DNA of 64,000 nt, from assembly GCA_050613775.1 (NCBI GenBank), contig JBODTK010000155.1, forward strand, positions 1 through 64,000. The letters are read 5' to 3'. This DNA is from Neocallimastix sp. 'constans' (lineage: Eukaryota). Numbering within the stretch: position 1 is the first letter of the stretch; each line of letters opens with the position of its first letter. Both the position numbers and the translations under genes were made by a program. Positions 44,531-64,000 of the stretch are shown one piece after another. Under the pieces are notes generated by a model. It worked only from the letters and a program-made list of their open reading frames with translations. It was not told where the DNA came from and searched no databases.

Positions 44531-45870
44531 TAATTGTTATTATTATTTTTAAAATTGTATCATTTAAATATAAATTTTATAAAATATTAAAAAAAAAAAA
44601 ATAAGAAAATAAAAAAAGAAAATTTCAAATACATTACGTTTTATATATATATTTATTTATATTCTAATATATATTACTTTAAATACATAATTTTTATATA
44701 TCAAACAAAATTTTTGTAGTATTACAGTGTATATCAATGAAATTCATTATATAATTGCATAAACAATACTTTTTAATTAACACTAATATTTTAAAATATA
44801 TTGATATATATATACCAATATATTATGAATATTTATTTTTATATTTTTATATGAAATATATATATTAAGTAATAATTTAATTTAAATATAATAAAAAAAA
44901 TATTTTTTTTAAGTTTATCTCTATTGCCATTTAAAAATGATTAAAAAAAAATTGTGTATTTTAAAATTAATATATATAATAAAATATAGGTATTAATGGT
45001 TAGGGTAATTATACTTTTATTTTATTATTTGTCTACTTTTCATATACAATACAAAAAAACTATGCATGATTGTGGAGCTCTTAATTTAAATCTTCAAATT
45101 ATATATTTCTTTACTGATAAATTCATTTTTAATTATTAAATATAATTACTTTTTTTCTTCATTATTATTTATAAAAATTAATATTTGTAATTTTAACAAA
45201 ACTATTTATCTGTTTTTTATTACTTTAAAAAATAATAAATATATGAAATTTTTTATTAGTAATACTCTTTTGCTTTTAATCTTATATTTGTATATTGACC
45301 TTCTTTGTGAAGCAATAATAATTATTAATTATTTATTCTAAAGTAACTAAATAAAAATTAAATTAATAATTATAATATGAATTATGAAAATAAATAAATT
45401 ATTAATAAAAAAAATCAAATAAATAAAAAAATATAATAAATAATAATAAATAAATAATAAATAAAATAAATAATTTAAAACTAAAAAAAAAGATTAAATT
45501 TTATGAAATTTTTTTAAATTTGGGAGATTATAATCTCTCTATATAATATTAATATTTAGGATTACAAAATAATCATTAATTCTAATAATTCTAATAATTC
45601 TAATAGTAATAATAATTAATAATAATAATTATATTAATATATAAAATGAAATAATTCAATAATATTAATGTTTTAATAATAGAATAAATTTATTATAATT
45701 ATTACTATTCATATTTTTGTTTTATTTTATATTGTTATATTATATTATAATATATAGTTTTATTTTATTTTTTTATTTTATTTTTTTTTTTTATTTTTTA
45801 TAGCTAGTAATTAATTAAATGTATATGTATATATTATAATCATTCGAATTATGCATTTTTTAAATAAAAA

Positions 45871-48420
45871 ATGGAAATTAATTCCACAAACTTAAAGTCA
45901 AATGAAGAATTGCTTACATCAGAACAAGAAATAGATTATTCTTTGTTAATTCGAAATCGTGAATTAGAAGAAATAAATAAAAATTTATCATTAAAAATTG
46001 AAAATTTGGAAAATGAACAATTGGCAATTAGTAGGCAATGTCAAGAATTAAAAAGTATTAATCAGTCATTAAAAAAAAGAATTCATTTTCTTGAAGAAGA
46101 AAATGAACAAATCCATAATAAATTAAAATTTCAAATTAAAGAAGAAAATAATATAAAAGAAGATGTGTTTTTTCAAAAAGAGAAAGAAATTTATCAATTA
46201 ACTATTGAAATTGAACAAAAAGATATTGATATTAAAAAAGCCAAAGAAAAAATTGATGAATTATCAAATATTTGCAAAAAGCAAAACGATGAAATTTTGA
46301 GATATCAAATAAGTCAGAAAGAAAATAAAAAACAACATATTACAATGGAAAAATTAGAGGGTGAAAAAAAGAAATACAGGAATGATTTAGAAATTTTAGA
46401 ATCGGATGTCAGTAAATTAGATAAAGAAAATAATAAATTAATGGAATCATTAAACATAGCAAACGAAGCTTTAAATGATAAAAACAAGATGGTAACAAAA
46501 TATAACTTTATAAATACAGAAATTTTAAAAGAATTAGAAAAAATAAGTATAAATTCCTCTGATATAAAACAAGCTAATGATTCTTCCACTATGGAAAGAA
46601 ATGTAAAGGAAGAACATTTTTTATTTGGAATTCATATTGATAATTTAATAACAGATATTAAAGGTGATATTATTGAAATGGTCAAATATTATTTGAATAT
46701 AACAAAACTAAAGTTAGAAGAAATATTATATGAAGAAATAATTAATCAAGAACAATTAAGTGATGATATATATAGTGAAACTTTTCATATAATAAAGCCT
46801 GAAAAATATAATAGAACTTCAATTTCAGGTAATCATTCATTTGACTCAGATTCAATGTATATCACATCTTGTAGTTCAGAAGAAATTATTCTTGATTCAA
46901 ATTTTAATATAAATAGTATTTCAAATAGAATATTAGCTGTACCTGAAACAAAAAATGAAAGTCATTCAGATTTGGAAGCTTGTCTTTATGATGAGAATTT
47001 TGATTATTTAATTTACAGAAATAAAACTGAAGATGATAATTATGAAAAAAAGGATGATGAAAAATATAGAATTAAAGAAAATGAAATTTTATCAAAATTA
47101 TATGTAGAAGTTATAAATAATATTAATCAATATTATCAAAAAAATTCAAAAACTATAAGAATTCCAGTGTTTGAAAAATTGAAATTACATATTCGAAACA
47201 CTTATTTAACTCTTGTTGATTTAATTGTTAAATCAAAAAAAAATAAAAACGAAAGCGAAGATGATAAAAAATTACCAGATAATATAGTACAGAATATTAA
47301 TAAAGAAGTTTCTTCTTCTTGGTTAATATATCCTTTATCATTACATTATTATAAACTTTTAATATATATTAATGATATTGAAAATTCAATTATAAAAAGG
47401 ATAAATATTAATCAATTTAATGAAAATATGAAAAAAGTTAAGCAATTAAAAGATGAACTGAATTCATCTAAAAGATTGTCAAAGGATTTAGAAGATAAAA
47501 TTAAAATTTATAAATTAAAAAGAAAAAGTAAAAATATGAAAAGATTATCACAAGAATTTGATAATTACAATATGAAAAATCTTGAGAGGCAATTATTATA
47601 TAATGATGCCTCATTTAAAAATACTGATCTCAATAAACTTAATGATAATGATAAAGTTAATAATTTTATTTCAGATTTAATAGGAAAAAAGAGCAATGAC
47701 ACTAAGTTGAAAAAAAAAAGTGAAAGTAATGATAGTATAATTATATTTGATAGGATATTGTATAAAGGGAAAAGTGAAGCTGAGGTGAATAAAAATAAAA
47801 TTACAAATAAACATAACAATAATAATAAAGATGAGTTAATTAATAAAATAAATAAAATTGAAATTGATGAAATAGAAAATGTTAACAATGAAGATAAATT
47901 AGACGATAAATTTACTATAAAGAAAGATAACAAGAAAAATAGTGATAAGGAATCGCATGATGAATTAAAAGAAAATGAAATTATAGAAAATATATCATTT
48001 AAATTTGATAAAAACAACAATCAAAAATTAAATACATCTGAAACATTTAATATCAATGATGATACCATAATTACTGAAGAAAATAACAATTCTAATAAAG
48101 AAATGTGTTATGAAGGAATACTAATTTATTGTAGTAACAATAAAATTAATTATATTAAAATAAATAAAATTATTGCTAATAAAATTAGTGATACGAAAAG
48201 AGCTATAACAAATGGAACCGCATATTTATCATTAATTAATGATTATAATAATAGATCTAATAATGATAATAATAATAAGAATATAAGTAACTATAAAAAT
48301 ATAGATATAACAAATACATATAAGAAAAAAAAGTCAGCCATAGCAAAAAATAAAGGTATAAGAATAATATTTATTTTATTCAAATTTTATAAGATATTTT
48401 ATTTATACAATAATATTTAA
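45871..48420 (+). CDS. Hypothetical coiled-coil protein; the 3' end is uncertain (probable donor near 48357)
   Basis: 849-codon ORF with N-terminal heptad-rich E/K/L segments. No recognisable family. Confidence 0.65.
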   Translation: MEINSTNLKSNEELLTSEQEIDYSLLIRNRELEEINKNLSLKIENLENEQLAISRQCQELKSINQSLKKRIHFLEEENEQIHNKLKFQIKEENNIKEDVFFQKEKEIYQLTIEIEQKDIDIKKAKEKIDELSNICKKQNDEILRYQISQKENKKQHITMEKLEGEKKKYRNDLEILESDVSKLDKENNKLMESLNIANEALNDKNKMVTKYNFINTEILKELEKISINSSDIKQANDSSTMERNVKEEHFLFGIHIDNLITDIKGDIIEMVKYYLNITKLKLEEILYEEIINQEQLSDDIYSETFHIIKPEKYNRTSISGNHSFDSDSMYITSCSSEEIILDSNFNINSISNRILAVPETKNESHSDLEACLYDENFDYLIYRNKTEDDNYEKKDDEKYRIKENEILSKLYVEVINNINQYYQKNSKTIRIPVFEKLKLHIRNTYLTLVDLIVKSKKNKNESEDDKKLPDNIVQNINKEVSSSWLIYPLSLHYYKLLIYINDIENSIIKRININQFNENMKKVKQLKDELNSSKRLSKDLEDKIKIYKLKRKSKNMKRLSQEFDNYNMKNLERQLLYNDASFKNTDLNKLNDNDKVNNFISDLIGKKSNDTKLKKKSESNDSIIIFDRILYKGKSEAEVNKNKITNKHNNNNKDELINKINKIEIDEIENVNNEDKLDDKFTIKKDNKKNSDKESHDELKENEIIENISFKFDKNNNQKLNTSETFNINDDTIITEENNNSNKEMCYEGILIYCSNNKINYIKINKIIANKISDTKRAITNGTAYLSLINDYNNRSNNDNNNKNISNYKNIDITNTYKKKKSAIAKNKGIRIIFILFKFYKIFYLYNNI

Positions 48421-48650
48421 TAATAATAGCATTAATAATAATAATAATAAATAATAATATTAATTTTAATACTAATAATTATAATTGTAATTATTACTTT
48501 AATAATAGAAATAATAATCAAAATGTTAATGAAATATTATTATAACTACTGCTACTACTACTGCTATTACTATTATGACTATTATTATTACTATTACTGT
48601 GTCTATTACTATTATTACTGATACTACTAGTACTACTACTAATAATAATA

Positions 48651-48688
<38 letters not shown>

Positions 48689-48849
48689 CTTGAATATATT
48701 TACAACTCAAAAGAAGAGCAAAATAAATGATTATGATAATTAATAATGAATTTATATATTCAAAGAAAAATATTAGTACTCAAACAGATCCTGAAAAAGT
48801 TTTCAACTCTGATTCAATTAGATTTTTTTTCTTTAATAGAAAATAAATT

Positions 48850-48929
<80 letters not shown>

Positions 48930-49315
48930 TAATATAATCACTATACCTAACCAAAGTTTAATAATATTAGAAAGAGATATATAAAAAATTTAATGAAAAA
49001 AAAAAAAAAAAAAAAAAGACAAAATGTAAAATTTTTACCATTTAAAAATTGTAAGTCATTATCATATATACAATTAATTGACAAATCTAAACAAAATAAC
49101 AGAAATGGTATTACATCAAACATGCAAAATATGTATAATTTAGAGAATATAAAAAGAAAAGTACTACTTTTTAAATTTTTTTTTTATAAATGAAAATAAC
49201 GATTAATATAATGATGGAAATATAGAAAAGAAAAGGACTTGATAATAAAAGTATCATTAAAGATAATTTTAATAAAAAACTGGTTATTATACAGAGAAAG
49301 CATATCTTCAAATGT

Positions 49316-49346
<31 letters not shown>

Positions 49347-49558
49347 GAATATAAATAATAAAATAAATTATAGATTTCATTAAATTAATAAGTAATTTTA
49401 TGTATGTATTTAATAATTATGATAATAACAATTCACTTTATATAATTAAATATGTATTTATATTTTTTAATTATAATCAATCTACATGAATAAAATAAAA
49501 TAGTTCATTCTTTTATTATATTTAATTTTGTGAATATTTTTTGAATTAAAAATTAAAA

Positions 49559-49612
<54 letters not shown>

Positions 49613-49910
49613 GTAGTAATAGTAATAATAATAAATAAACAAATAAATAAAAGAAAAAAAAAATAGTGAAAATAAAAAAATAAAAATATTGAAATAATGA
49701 AATATATAAAATAAAATAAATTATATAATTCAAAAAAAGTAATAATGAAAGGTTAATAAAAATAAAAATAAAATATATATGAGAAAAAAAAATATTAATA
49801 TGAATAAAAATAAATATAAATATGTGGGAAATATATATATATATATTACAAATAAAAGAATAAATAAAAAAGAAGATTAAAAAAAATAATAATAATAAAA
49901 ATAAAAAAAA

Positions 49911-49942
<32 letters not shown>

Positions 49943-50527
49943 AAATAAAAAAATAAAAAAAATAGAAATAAAATAAAAAATAAAGGAAAAAAAAAAATAA
50001 AGGAAAAAAAAAAAAATAAAGGAAAAAAAAAAAAATAAAGGAAAAATAATTAAAAAGAGTAAAAAGTATTAATCATTCTATAAACTTTATTTTTATTTTT
50101 TTTATTTAATTGTTTTTTTTTTTTTTAAAGAAATAAAAGAAATTAAAGGAAAGGAAATTATTTATTTGTTACTAAAAATATTGTATTTAATTTTAATTTT
50201 AAAGTTTAGATAGAATGCATCAAATGTTGAAAGATTAAATTAATACAAAACAATAATTTTAATTAAAAAAATAATAATAATAACTATTATTAAAAATGAT
50301 ATATATTCTATTAAAATTCTATTATTTAATAATATATAAAAATAAAATTGCAACATGAATTTATGATATTTTTTTTTAATTGTGTAATATAACAGGAAAA
50401 ATAAATTTACATTCAAAAAGTACCTACATTTCAATAATATCTATTTAAAACCAAAATAATAAATATGCCAAAAAGTATTTTAATAATTTATTTATTTAAT
50501 ATTATAGCTTTAAAAAAATATATATTA

Positions 50528-50561
<34 letters not shown>

Positions 50562-50947
50562 CATATAGGAAAAAAAATATATATATATTCAAATATTAAT
50601 GATTATAATAATAAAATAATAATATAATAATGATAATAATAAATTTAAAATTTAAAAATAAGAAAGAAAAAAAATAAAATAAAATAAAAATATTTTATAA
50701 ATATAGATCGTTTGAAAATAATAATCTATAATTATATAAAAATGTTTATTTTAGAATTATATTAATAGTAATTAAATTAAATTAATAAAATATTATATAT
50801 ATATATATATATATTTATTATTAAGCTTTCTGGTTTTATCTTCAATTTAAATAGTATTAAATTTTTAAGCTATTAAATTCCTAAATTAGAGTTAATTAAA
50901 ATAAAATATTTAAAACAATTTATAATAATAGAGAAATAATATATATC

Positions 50948-50996
<49 letters not shown>

Positions 50997-51193
50997 ATTA
51001 TTTTGAAAAGAATCAATAATTTATGTCATATTACTGAATTGCAATTTTTTTTTATTTTTGAATATATAAAAGAGATATTATTATTATTATTATTATAATT
51101 AGTAAATCCAATTTATTATTATCGATATCAATATAATTTGAAATGAAATAAAATAATATTAATAAAATTTTATTTCCTTAGAATTAATAAACT

Positions 51194-51242
<49 letters not shown>

Positions 51243-51800
51243 AATCATATAACTAGAAAAAAAATCTAGAGGTGTGACAGTAGCTTTATATTACATGTTT
51301 ATTAAAATTTTTAATGAAAAATTAAATTCAAATAAAGAACTAATATTCATATCAAACAAAATAAAAGGTTCGTAAAATCAAAACAAATCATTTATAAAAA
51401 TCAACATCGAATAACAAATAAGGATAGTTTAATAATCAAATCAAAGAAAAAGGTAAAAAAAAATATTTCCGATAAATATTATATATATAATATTAATAAA
51501 TTATTATATTTTTTTTATAATTAACTTTGATTTAAAATCTATTTTATTATGCATATATATATATTTATGTTATATATTCTTATATATATTAGTTATTTTT
51601 ATAATTCAAACAAAAAACAAAAATAATAATATAATAATCTTTCATAATTAAATTTTAAATAACATTATTATATATAAATACACTTTTAAATATATATTTT
51701 TAAATTCGACATAAAAAAAAATATATATATATATAAATATATATACAAATATATATTAAAAATAATATTTGAGCAGCAATAAATAATAAACAACATTAAT

Positions 51801-52576
51801 ATGTCATCAAATTATCATCAAAATATTCAGTCTTCTGTGATTAATAACTTATTTAATATTGTAAATAATTCTAATAATAATAATAATAATAATAACACTA
51901 GCCAACTAGGAAATATTAATCTTAGTAGAAATAATAGCAGTTTAAACTCGATAAGTAGTCAAAATTCAAATATTTCCAATATTGTTAATAATTTAATTTA
52001 TTCAAGAATGCACAATAATCAATCAGTCGTTGCTTTAACTAACCTATCTATGAATCCACAAGGTATACAATCTTCTAATCCAACTTCACATCATAATCGT
52101 AGTCATCATTTTCATAATATATCTTCACGTCCTAATTATTATAGTAGTTCTTTACATTCAAGCTTTAAATCAAAGTCAGTATGCCAATTGAATTGCCGTT
52201 ATTGTCAAGGTGTACTGTGCAGAAGAGGAATGAAAGCTATTTTATTAGCTGATACCAGAGTTGAGTTATACAGCACAGACGCTGCTCCAATAGGGTAATA
52301 ATAATAAATTAAATAAAAATCAATTTCTATTTAAATTTTATTATCAAAAAGAAAAAATAGTTAATAATTCTAATTTTTTTATGAATGAAATATATATTTA
52401 TATTAAAATAGGGTTCAATTAGTTGCAAACGATTATGTAACAAGAAATTGTTTATGTCAAATTAGAGATGTAGCTTGTTTAGGATGGTAAATATTATTAT
52501 CTATTTAATAATAAATTTTAAATTTAAAATATCTGAGATGTTATTATTAAAAAAAATCATTTTAATTAAATATGAT

Positions 52577-52607
<31 letters not shown>

Positions 52608-52958
52608 TCCGAAATATATTAATATATGATAAAAAGTGGTAATGTTGTTGGATATCATGTTACGCAACCTTGCGAGGTTTGTATGAGCGCATGTAATAAC
52701 GGTCATTTTTGGATGTTCCATAATGATTCTGTGAAAGCAAAAGAAAGAATGGATGCTACAGGTAAATTTACAAGTATAATTAATTTGAATAATAATACTA
52801 ATAAAAAAAAAAAAAAATTTGTATAATATATATTAATTTATAATGAAACAAAATAATTTATATATATAGGTCAAAAACCATTATTATGGGCACAATTGGC
52901 ATTACATGATAAAAACTCTTCTTCATATGATGATGAATGTGATATTATATGTCGTTAA
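51801..52958 (+). CDS. FAM72: FAM72-family protein, 4 exons
   Basis: [71 protein letters not shown], after an N/S/H-rich N-terminus. Confidence 0.88.
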
Positions 52959-52998
52959 TTATTTTATTGAATAATTATTATACATACAAAAATAATAT

Positions 52999-53032
<34 letters not shown>

Positions 53033-53133
53033 TTTATAATATAAAAATGTTATCAGAATTAATAAGTATATTAGACTTTTATATATATATCATATATCAT
53101 ATCTTATTAAACATACAATATAAATTATCTTTA

Positions 53134-53184
<51 letters not shown>

Positions 53185-53459
53185 TTTAAGTAAATTATAT
53201 ATAAAGGTTTATTTACTTTTTATATGATAAAATTTACATTCATTTTTGTAAATTACATATTTATATATATATAGAGTAATTTATAAATAGTATTAATAAA
53301 ATATATAACTTAATTTTTGGATTTATCGTTCATGTTTGTAAATTAAAATTTATTTAATTTATTTTTAAAATAATAAAAAAATTATAGAATTAAATGTAAA
53401 TATTTTATTATGAATATTGATTTTTATTTATAAATATTTTAAATTTTAATTTATTTGAT

Positions 53460-54030
53460 TTTTATCTATTCTGTCTATAATATTAAATTTCAACTGTATA
53501 TCTTTTTCTATTTCATTTTATTTTATTTTATTTTATTTTATTTTTATCTATTCTATCTATAATATTAAATTTCAACTGTATATCTTTTTTCATTTCATTT
53601 CATTTTTATCTATTCTATCTATAATATTAAATTTCAACAGTATATCTTCTTTCATTATATTATTTACTTATTTATCTATTTATATTTTTATTTTTATTTT
53701 TATTTTTATTTTTATTTTTATTTTTATTTTTATTTTTATTTTTATTTTTATTTTTATTTTTATTTTTATTTTTATTTTTATTTTTATTTTTATTTTTATT
53801 TTTATTTTTATTTTTATTTTTATTTTTATTTTTATTTTTATTTTTATTTTTATTTTTATTTTTATTTTTATTTTTATTTTTATTTTTATTTTTATTTTTA
53901 TTTTTATTTTTATTTTTATTTTTATTTTTATTTTTATTTTTATTTTTATTTTTATTTTTATTTTTATTTTTATTTTTAATTTTATTTTTATTTTTATTAT
54001 TTTATTTTTATTTTATTTTATTTTATTTGG
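53460..54030. repeat. Three copies of a ~50-bp unit (TTTTATCTATTCTATCTATAATATTAAATTTCAACTGTATATCTT) followed by (TTTTTA)n
   Basis: Units at ~53460, 53542 and 53604. Hexamer tract at 53685-54000. Confidence 0.85.
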
Positions 54031-54290
54031 TTATCTTATTTTATTTATTAATTTACTATAATAAATATTTTTAATTTTTTTTTTAAAAAAAAAAAATATA
54101 CATATTGAAAAATTATTAGTGTTAAAATTATAATCATTAATCATATTAATTTTATTTTATTTTTAAATTATAAAAAAAAATTTGGAAAAAATATATATAT
54201 TGCAGTATCATTATTATTATAATGTATATTTTTATAAAATACTATATTTATTTAATCTATTACTAAATTTAAAAATTTAACTTTTTCTTT

Positions 54291-55319
54291 TCAATTTTGT
54301 GGAATACGATCTCTTAAATAAGCTAAGATTGCAGCAGTTCCTTTTTGTAATACTTGATAACGTGGAACTCTAAAAGTATTACCTTCTAAGGAGAGTTTCT
54401 TTAATTTACTACATAAACCTAATTTTGGTGGTATATAATTTATTGAATTATCAGATAAATCTAAAATAGAAAGTTGTCCAAATACTTCTGGATTATTAAT
54501 AGATTCAATTTTATTTTTTGATAATATTAAGGTTTCCAATGCAGGGAATGGAATAGTATTTGAAGGTAACTTACTAATATTATTATAGGAAAGATTTAAT
54601 TCTAAAAGTTTTGGAAATTGAGATGGATCAATATTTTCTGGAAATTCATTAATTAAATTATGAGTCATTGATAATTTAATAAGATTTGGAAGAACAATTC
54701 TATCTGGAAATAGTGTAATTTTATTAAAATCTAAAATAAGAGTTGTTAAGGATGAAGAAAAATTTGTAAGAGAATTTGGAACTGTGGTTAATAAATTTTT
54801 CGAAAGATTTATTGTTTCAGGTTCAAATTCTAATGATTCAAAATCACACTCTTGATCTAAACTACTTATATTTTTTGATGATAAATTTAAATTCCTAATA
54901 TTCAAATCTTGTTCCGAAACAGTAAATTCTATCTTTTTTAATGTTGATATATTAGAATTAGGTTTAGTTCTTGTTGTTGAAGAATACTTATTGCCTGGTA
55001 AATTATTAATTCCAAATGGATCAGTTGATAATGAGGATTGATTATTATAACCTCTTTGTGTTGTCACTTTTCTATCGGATGATAGATATGATGATGGAGT
55101 TTCAAATAAATTATCACTCACTTTTTTAGGAGAAGGTGGTCTCATTGAATTTCCGAATGGATTATCATTTGATTTTTTTGGTGAAGATGGTCTCTTTGAA
55201 GAATCATAAGAATTGTTAAATGAATTATTATTATAATGATCATTATTTCTATTATAATTATTTTGATTACTTGAACTAATTCTTAATTTTTGATTAAAAG
55301 GATCCGAAATATTATCATC

Positions 55320-55390
<71 letters not shown>

Positions 55391-56048
55391 TAATAAAATA
55401 AATACAAAATGAGTAATTTTTAAATGTATTAATAATTTTTATAATTTTTTTTTTTTTTTTATTTATTATTATTATTTATTTATTTATTTATTTTTATAAT
55501 TTTCTTTAAATTTTTATATTTAATGAATACCTTGAAGTTCATTAATTGGTATACGATTCTTTAAAATTTGTAATATATCTGAGGTTTTTGTAGCTTTAAT
55601 ACCTTTAATCATATTACCTTCAAATCTTAAAAATTTAATATTTGTTAATAAGCCAAGCTTTGGAGGTAATTCGGTAATATCATTATTTCCTAAATCCAAT
55701 CTTGTTATATCTTTTAAATATAAAACATCATGTGGAACTTCTTTAAATACATTTCCAAAAATATCTAATATATTTAAATGAGTTGCGCTTTTTAAAATTG
55801 AACCTAATGAGCTTAATCTATTACTTGTTAAATACAATTCCTGTAATTTCATTTAAATCTATTAATATAATGCTTTAAAAATAATTAAATTATTCTGATA
55901 ATTAAAAAATATATACTTTTAATTCTGGACATGATACATTTTCACCAATAGATTGTAGTTTGTTATTTCTTAAATCTAATCTTTGTAACATTGGAAATGA
56001 TTGCTTAAATGTTAATATTTTTTATATTAAAATATTATACAAAAAAAA

Positions 56049-56082
<34 letters not shown>

Positions 56083-56133
56083 TATTGATATGTAAAATTA
56101 TTAAAAAAGTTAGAAGAATTAATTAATTATTTT

Positions 56134-56207
<74 letters not shown>

Positions 56208-56641
56208 TAAGGAAATAAAAAAAAATATATATATATATAAATTATATAAATACTTTCTCAGAAAAAATAGACACTAATTCATTATGAGATATCTCTAATT
56301 CTTTACAATATTTTAAATCTAATGAATTTATTTCTCTAATTTTATTATGTGAAAGTTGTAATTTTCTTAATTTTTTATTTTGTGAAAAGCAATCCCCAAC
56401 ATTTTCAATTAAGTTTTCAGATAAATCTAAAACTTCCAATTTAGGTAGTCTATAAAATTCATATTCATTAAGATCTCCTCTTAATTTATTATTAAAAAGA
56501 TATAATTCTACTAAATTTTCTAACTCAAATAATGGTAAAGGTATATGGGAAAAATTATTTCTTTCAAGACGAATACAAGTAACTAACTTTAAATTTTGAA
56601 TTTCTTGAGGTAATGATGCTAATTTATTATCACAAAACTAA

Positions 56642-56683
<42 letters not shown>

Positions 56684-56944
56684 AGTAGATATAAAAATTA
56701 TTATATAGTTGATAAAATGATAATTATATATAGTAACTTAATTTTTAATTATTACATTTAAATGAACTAAAGTCTCCATTTCACCAATTTTTGGATTAAT
56801 AACCTCGATTTTGTTATTCGCAATATTTAATTTTTTTAATTCAGACTATAATATACATATATATAATTTATTAATTTTATTCAATATAAATTTACATAAT
56901 TATTTCAGGTGCTTTTTTTATAAAAAAAAAAAAATAATAATAAT

Positions 56945-57025
<81 letters not shown>

Positions 57026-57303
57026 CAAAATAAATAATAAAAATTTAATTATCTATTTACAATATCCCACCAATCTTCATTATCAGTATTACGATTGAAA
57101 TCATAATTAATGTTTTCAGTCTCGAAAACTTCATCTGGATTGAAAACATAATCAGGGATTTCATTTAAATTTCTATTTGAAATGTTAATATAACCTTGTT
57201 TATAACCCTGTTTTACAAGTGATTTTAATTGTTTCTGAACTTTTTCTTGAGTTCTAATTTCAGCGTTTTCATCTCTAAAACGTGAAAAATTACTTTTTCT
57301 CAT
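54291..57303 (-). CDS. Leucine-rich-repeat protein, LRRC40-like, multi-exon
   Basis: Many LxxLxLxxN repeats. N-terminal GYINISNRNLNEIPDYVF..WWD and C-terminal LEGNTFRVPRYQVLQKGTAAILAYLRDRIP. Confidence 0.8.
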
Positions 57304-58468
57304 TTTTTTTTTTTTTTTTTTTTTTATTTTTATTTACTTATTTATTAGTTATAATTATTTAATGAATACAAAATTTTTTACACTTTTTTATACTTTTACT
57401 TTTATACTTTTAAATTAATAAATAATTTTTATAAATTAAATAATTTTTATAAATTAAATAATTTTTATATATATATATAATAAATTTATTATTTAATTTA
57501 TAATATATTAAATTGTTAAATTCAATTTTTTCAAATTATATATACAAGCAAGTGAAATAGACCAATATAATAATATTGACCTATTTTATTTTATCTTAGA
57601 TAAATTATTTATTTAATGTTTAAAATTTAAGGTCAATTATTTATTTTTTAATATTTAAATTTTATATAAGCAAAAAATAAAAAAAATATATATAAAAAAT
57701 AAGTATGATACATCATAAAATAATATGCAAATCATTTATCATGTCTATTTTATAAATTTTAATTAAAATAATATAATATAAAAAAATAATTTATATAATT
57801 TAAATACAAATTTATTCAAAAGGTTAGAATTTAAAATTTTTTAGTAATTAATAAAAACACATTATTAATAAATTTTACTATATATTAATATTTTTTTTAT
57901 ATTTTATTTATAATTATACATTCATATATATACTAATATCATTATCAAAATTAAATTTCTAATTAAAATGTTCATATACTAATAGAAAAATATAAAGACG
58001 CATATATTGAGCAAATTATATTTGATAAAAATAATAAACCTTCTGAATATTATAATTATATTAAGTACAGTCTTTTCTTTTGTGTTCCCAATTTCTATTA
58101 ATTAATTTATATATAATTTAATAAAAAAATATAAAGTTAAATATGGAAATAGATAATCAAATCAATAATTCAAACAATGACATAAATATAATACCGTCAA
58201 CAGTTTCACAAAACAACATTAATAATGCAGGTATAGTTAAATTTTAATATGATAATATATATAATTATAAAATTATTGTTAAATTTTATTATAAATTTAT
58301 AAAGAATAAATCAACAAATTGGTCCATATTAAAAATTGAAATATAATTAAAATTTCTTTTTTTAAATTAATAAAATAATAATAAGCATAAATAATAATTG
58401 TAATTATATAATAAATAAAATAATAATAATAATAATAATAGTAACAGTATAAAAAAAAATTATTTAAT

Positions 58469-58515
<47 letters not shown>

Positions 58516-58720
58516 GTCTATTAAATAAATTACGCATTCATAATATTTAAATTAAATATTGTTAAGAATTATACAAATTTTTATTGTAATAAATAAAATT
58601 TTATTAATTTTCTTTGTTAATGTAAATTATTTATATTTTATAATGAATTTAATATCTTCGTATTAATTATTTGTAAATGAAATTGAAGAAAAAATCCAAA
58701 ATTTAAATAGTTCATTAAAT

Positions 58721-64000
<5,280 letters not shown>

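Noticed and set aside
39501..48020. Antisense ORFs overlapping the PRRC2-like and coiled-coil genes
   Set aside because: They are shadow frames of K/E/N-rich coding sequence.

Overview
Extremely AT-rich, intron-rich eukaryotic DNA with GT-AG introns and long (TTTTA)n, (TTA)n and poly-A/T tracts. This pattern is typical of an anaerobic gut fungus (Neocallimastigomycota); the taxon is inferred, not proven. Recognisable genes are the 3' part of SEC5/EXOC2, a PH-domain gene, TIM17, DPM1, EBP2, TRM1, PUS4/TruB, DPM2, a PRRC2/BAT2_N-like gene, a coiled-coil gene, FAM72, an LRRC40-like LRR gene and the 5' part of CTF18. Broken fragments of NOP9 and IQUB are also present. The most interesting content is mobile or repetitive. 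(i) A dispersed family of ~35-bp units forms polarised arrays with variable (TTTTA)n spacers. (ii) A tRNA-headed ~450-bp SINE-like element with encoded CCA sits inside one such array. (iii) Copia-derived LTR elements have a primer-binding site matching the anticodon arm of tRNA-Lys(CUU); one is a young 1.3-kb non-autonomous copy carrying a perfect 41-bp hairpin. (iv) There is a decayed APE+RT LINE. (v) There is an unexplained structured GC-rich island with a poly-A tail. All coordinates were read by eye and no searches were run.
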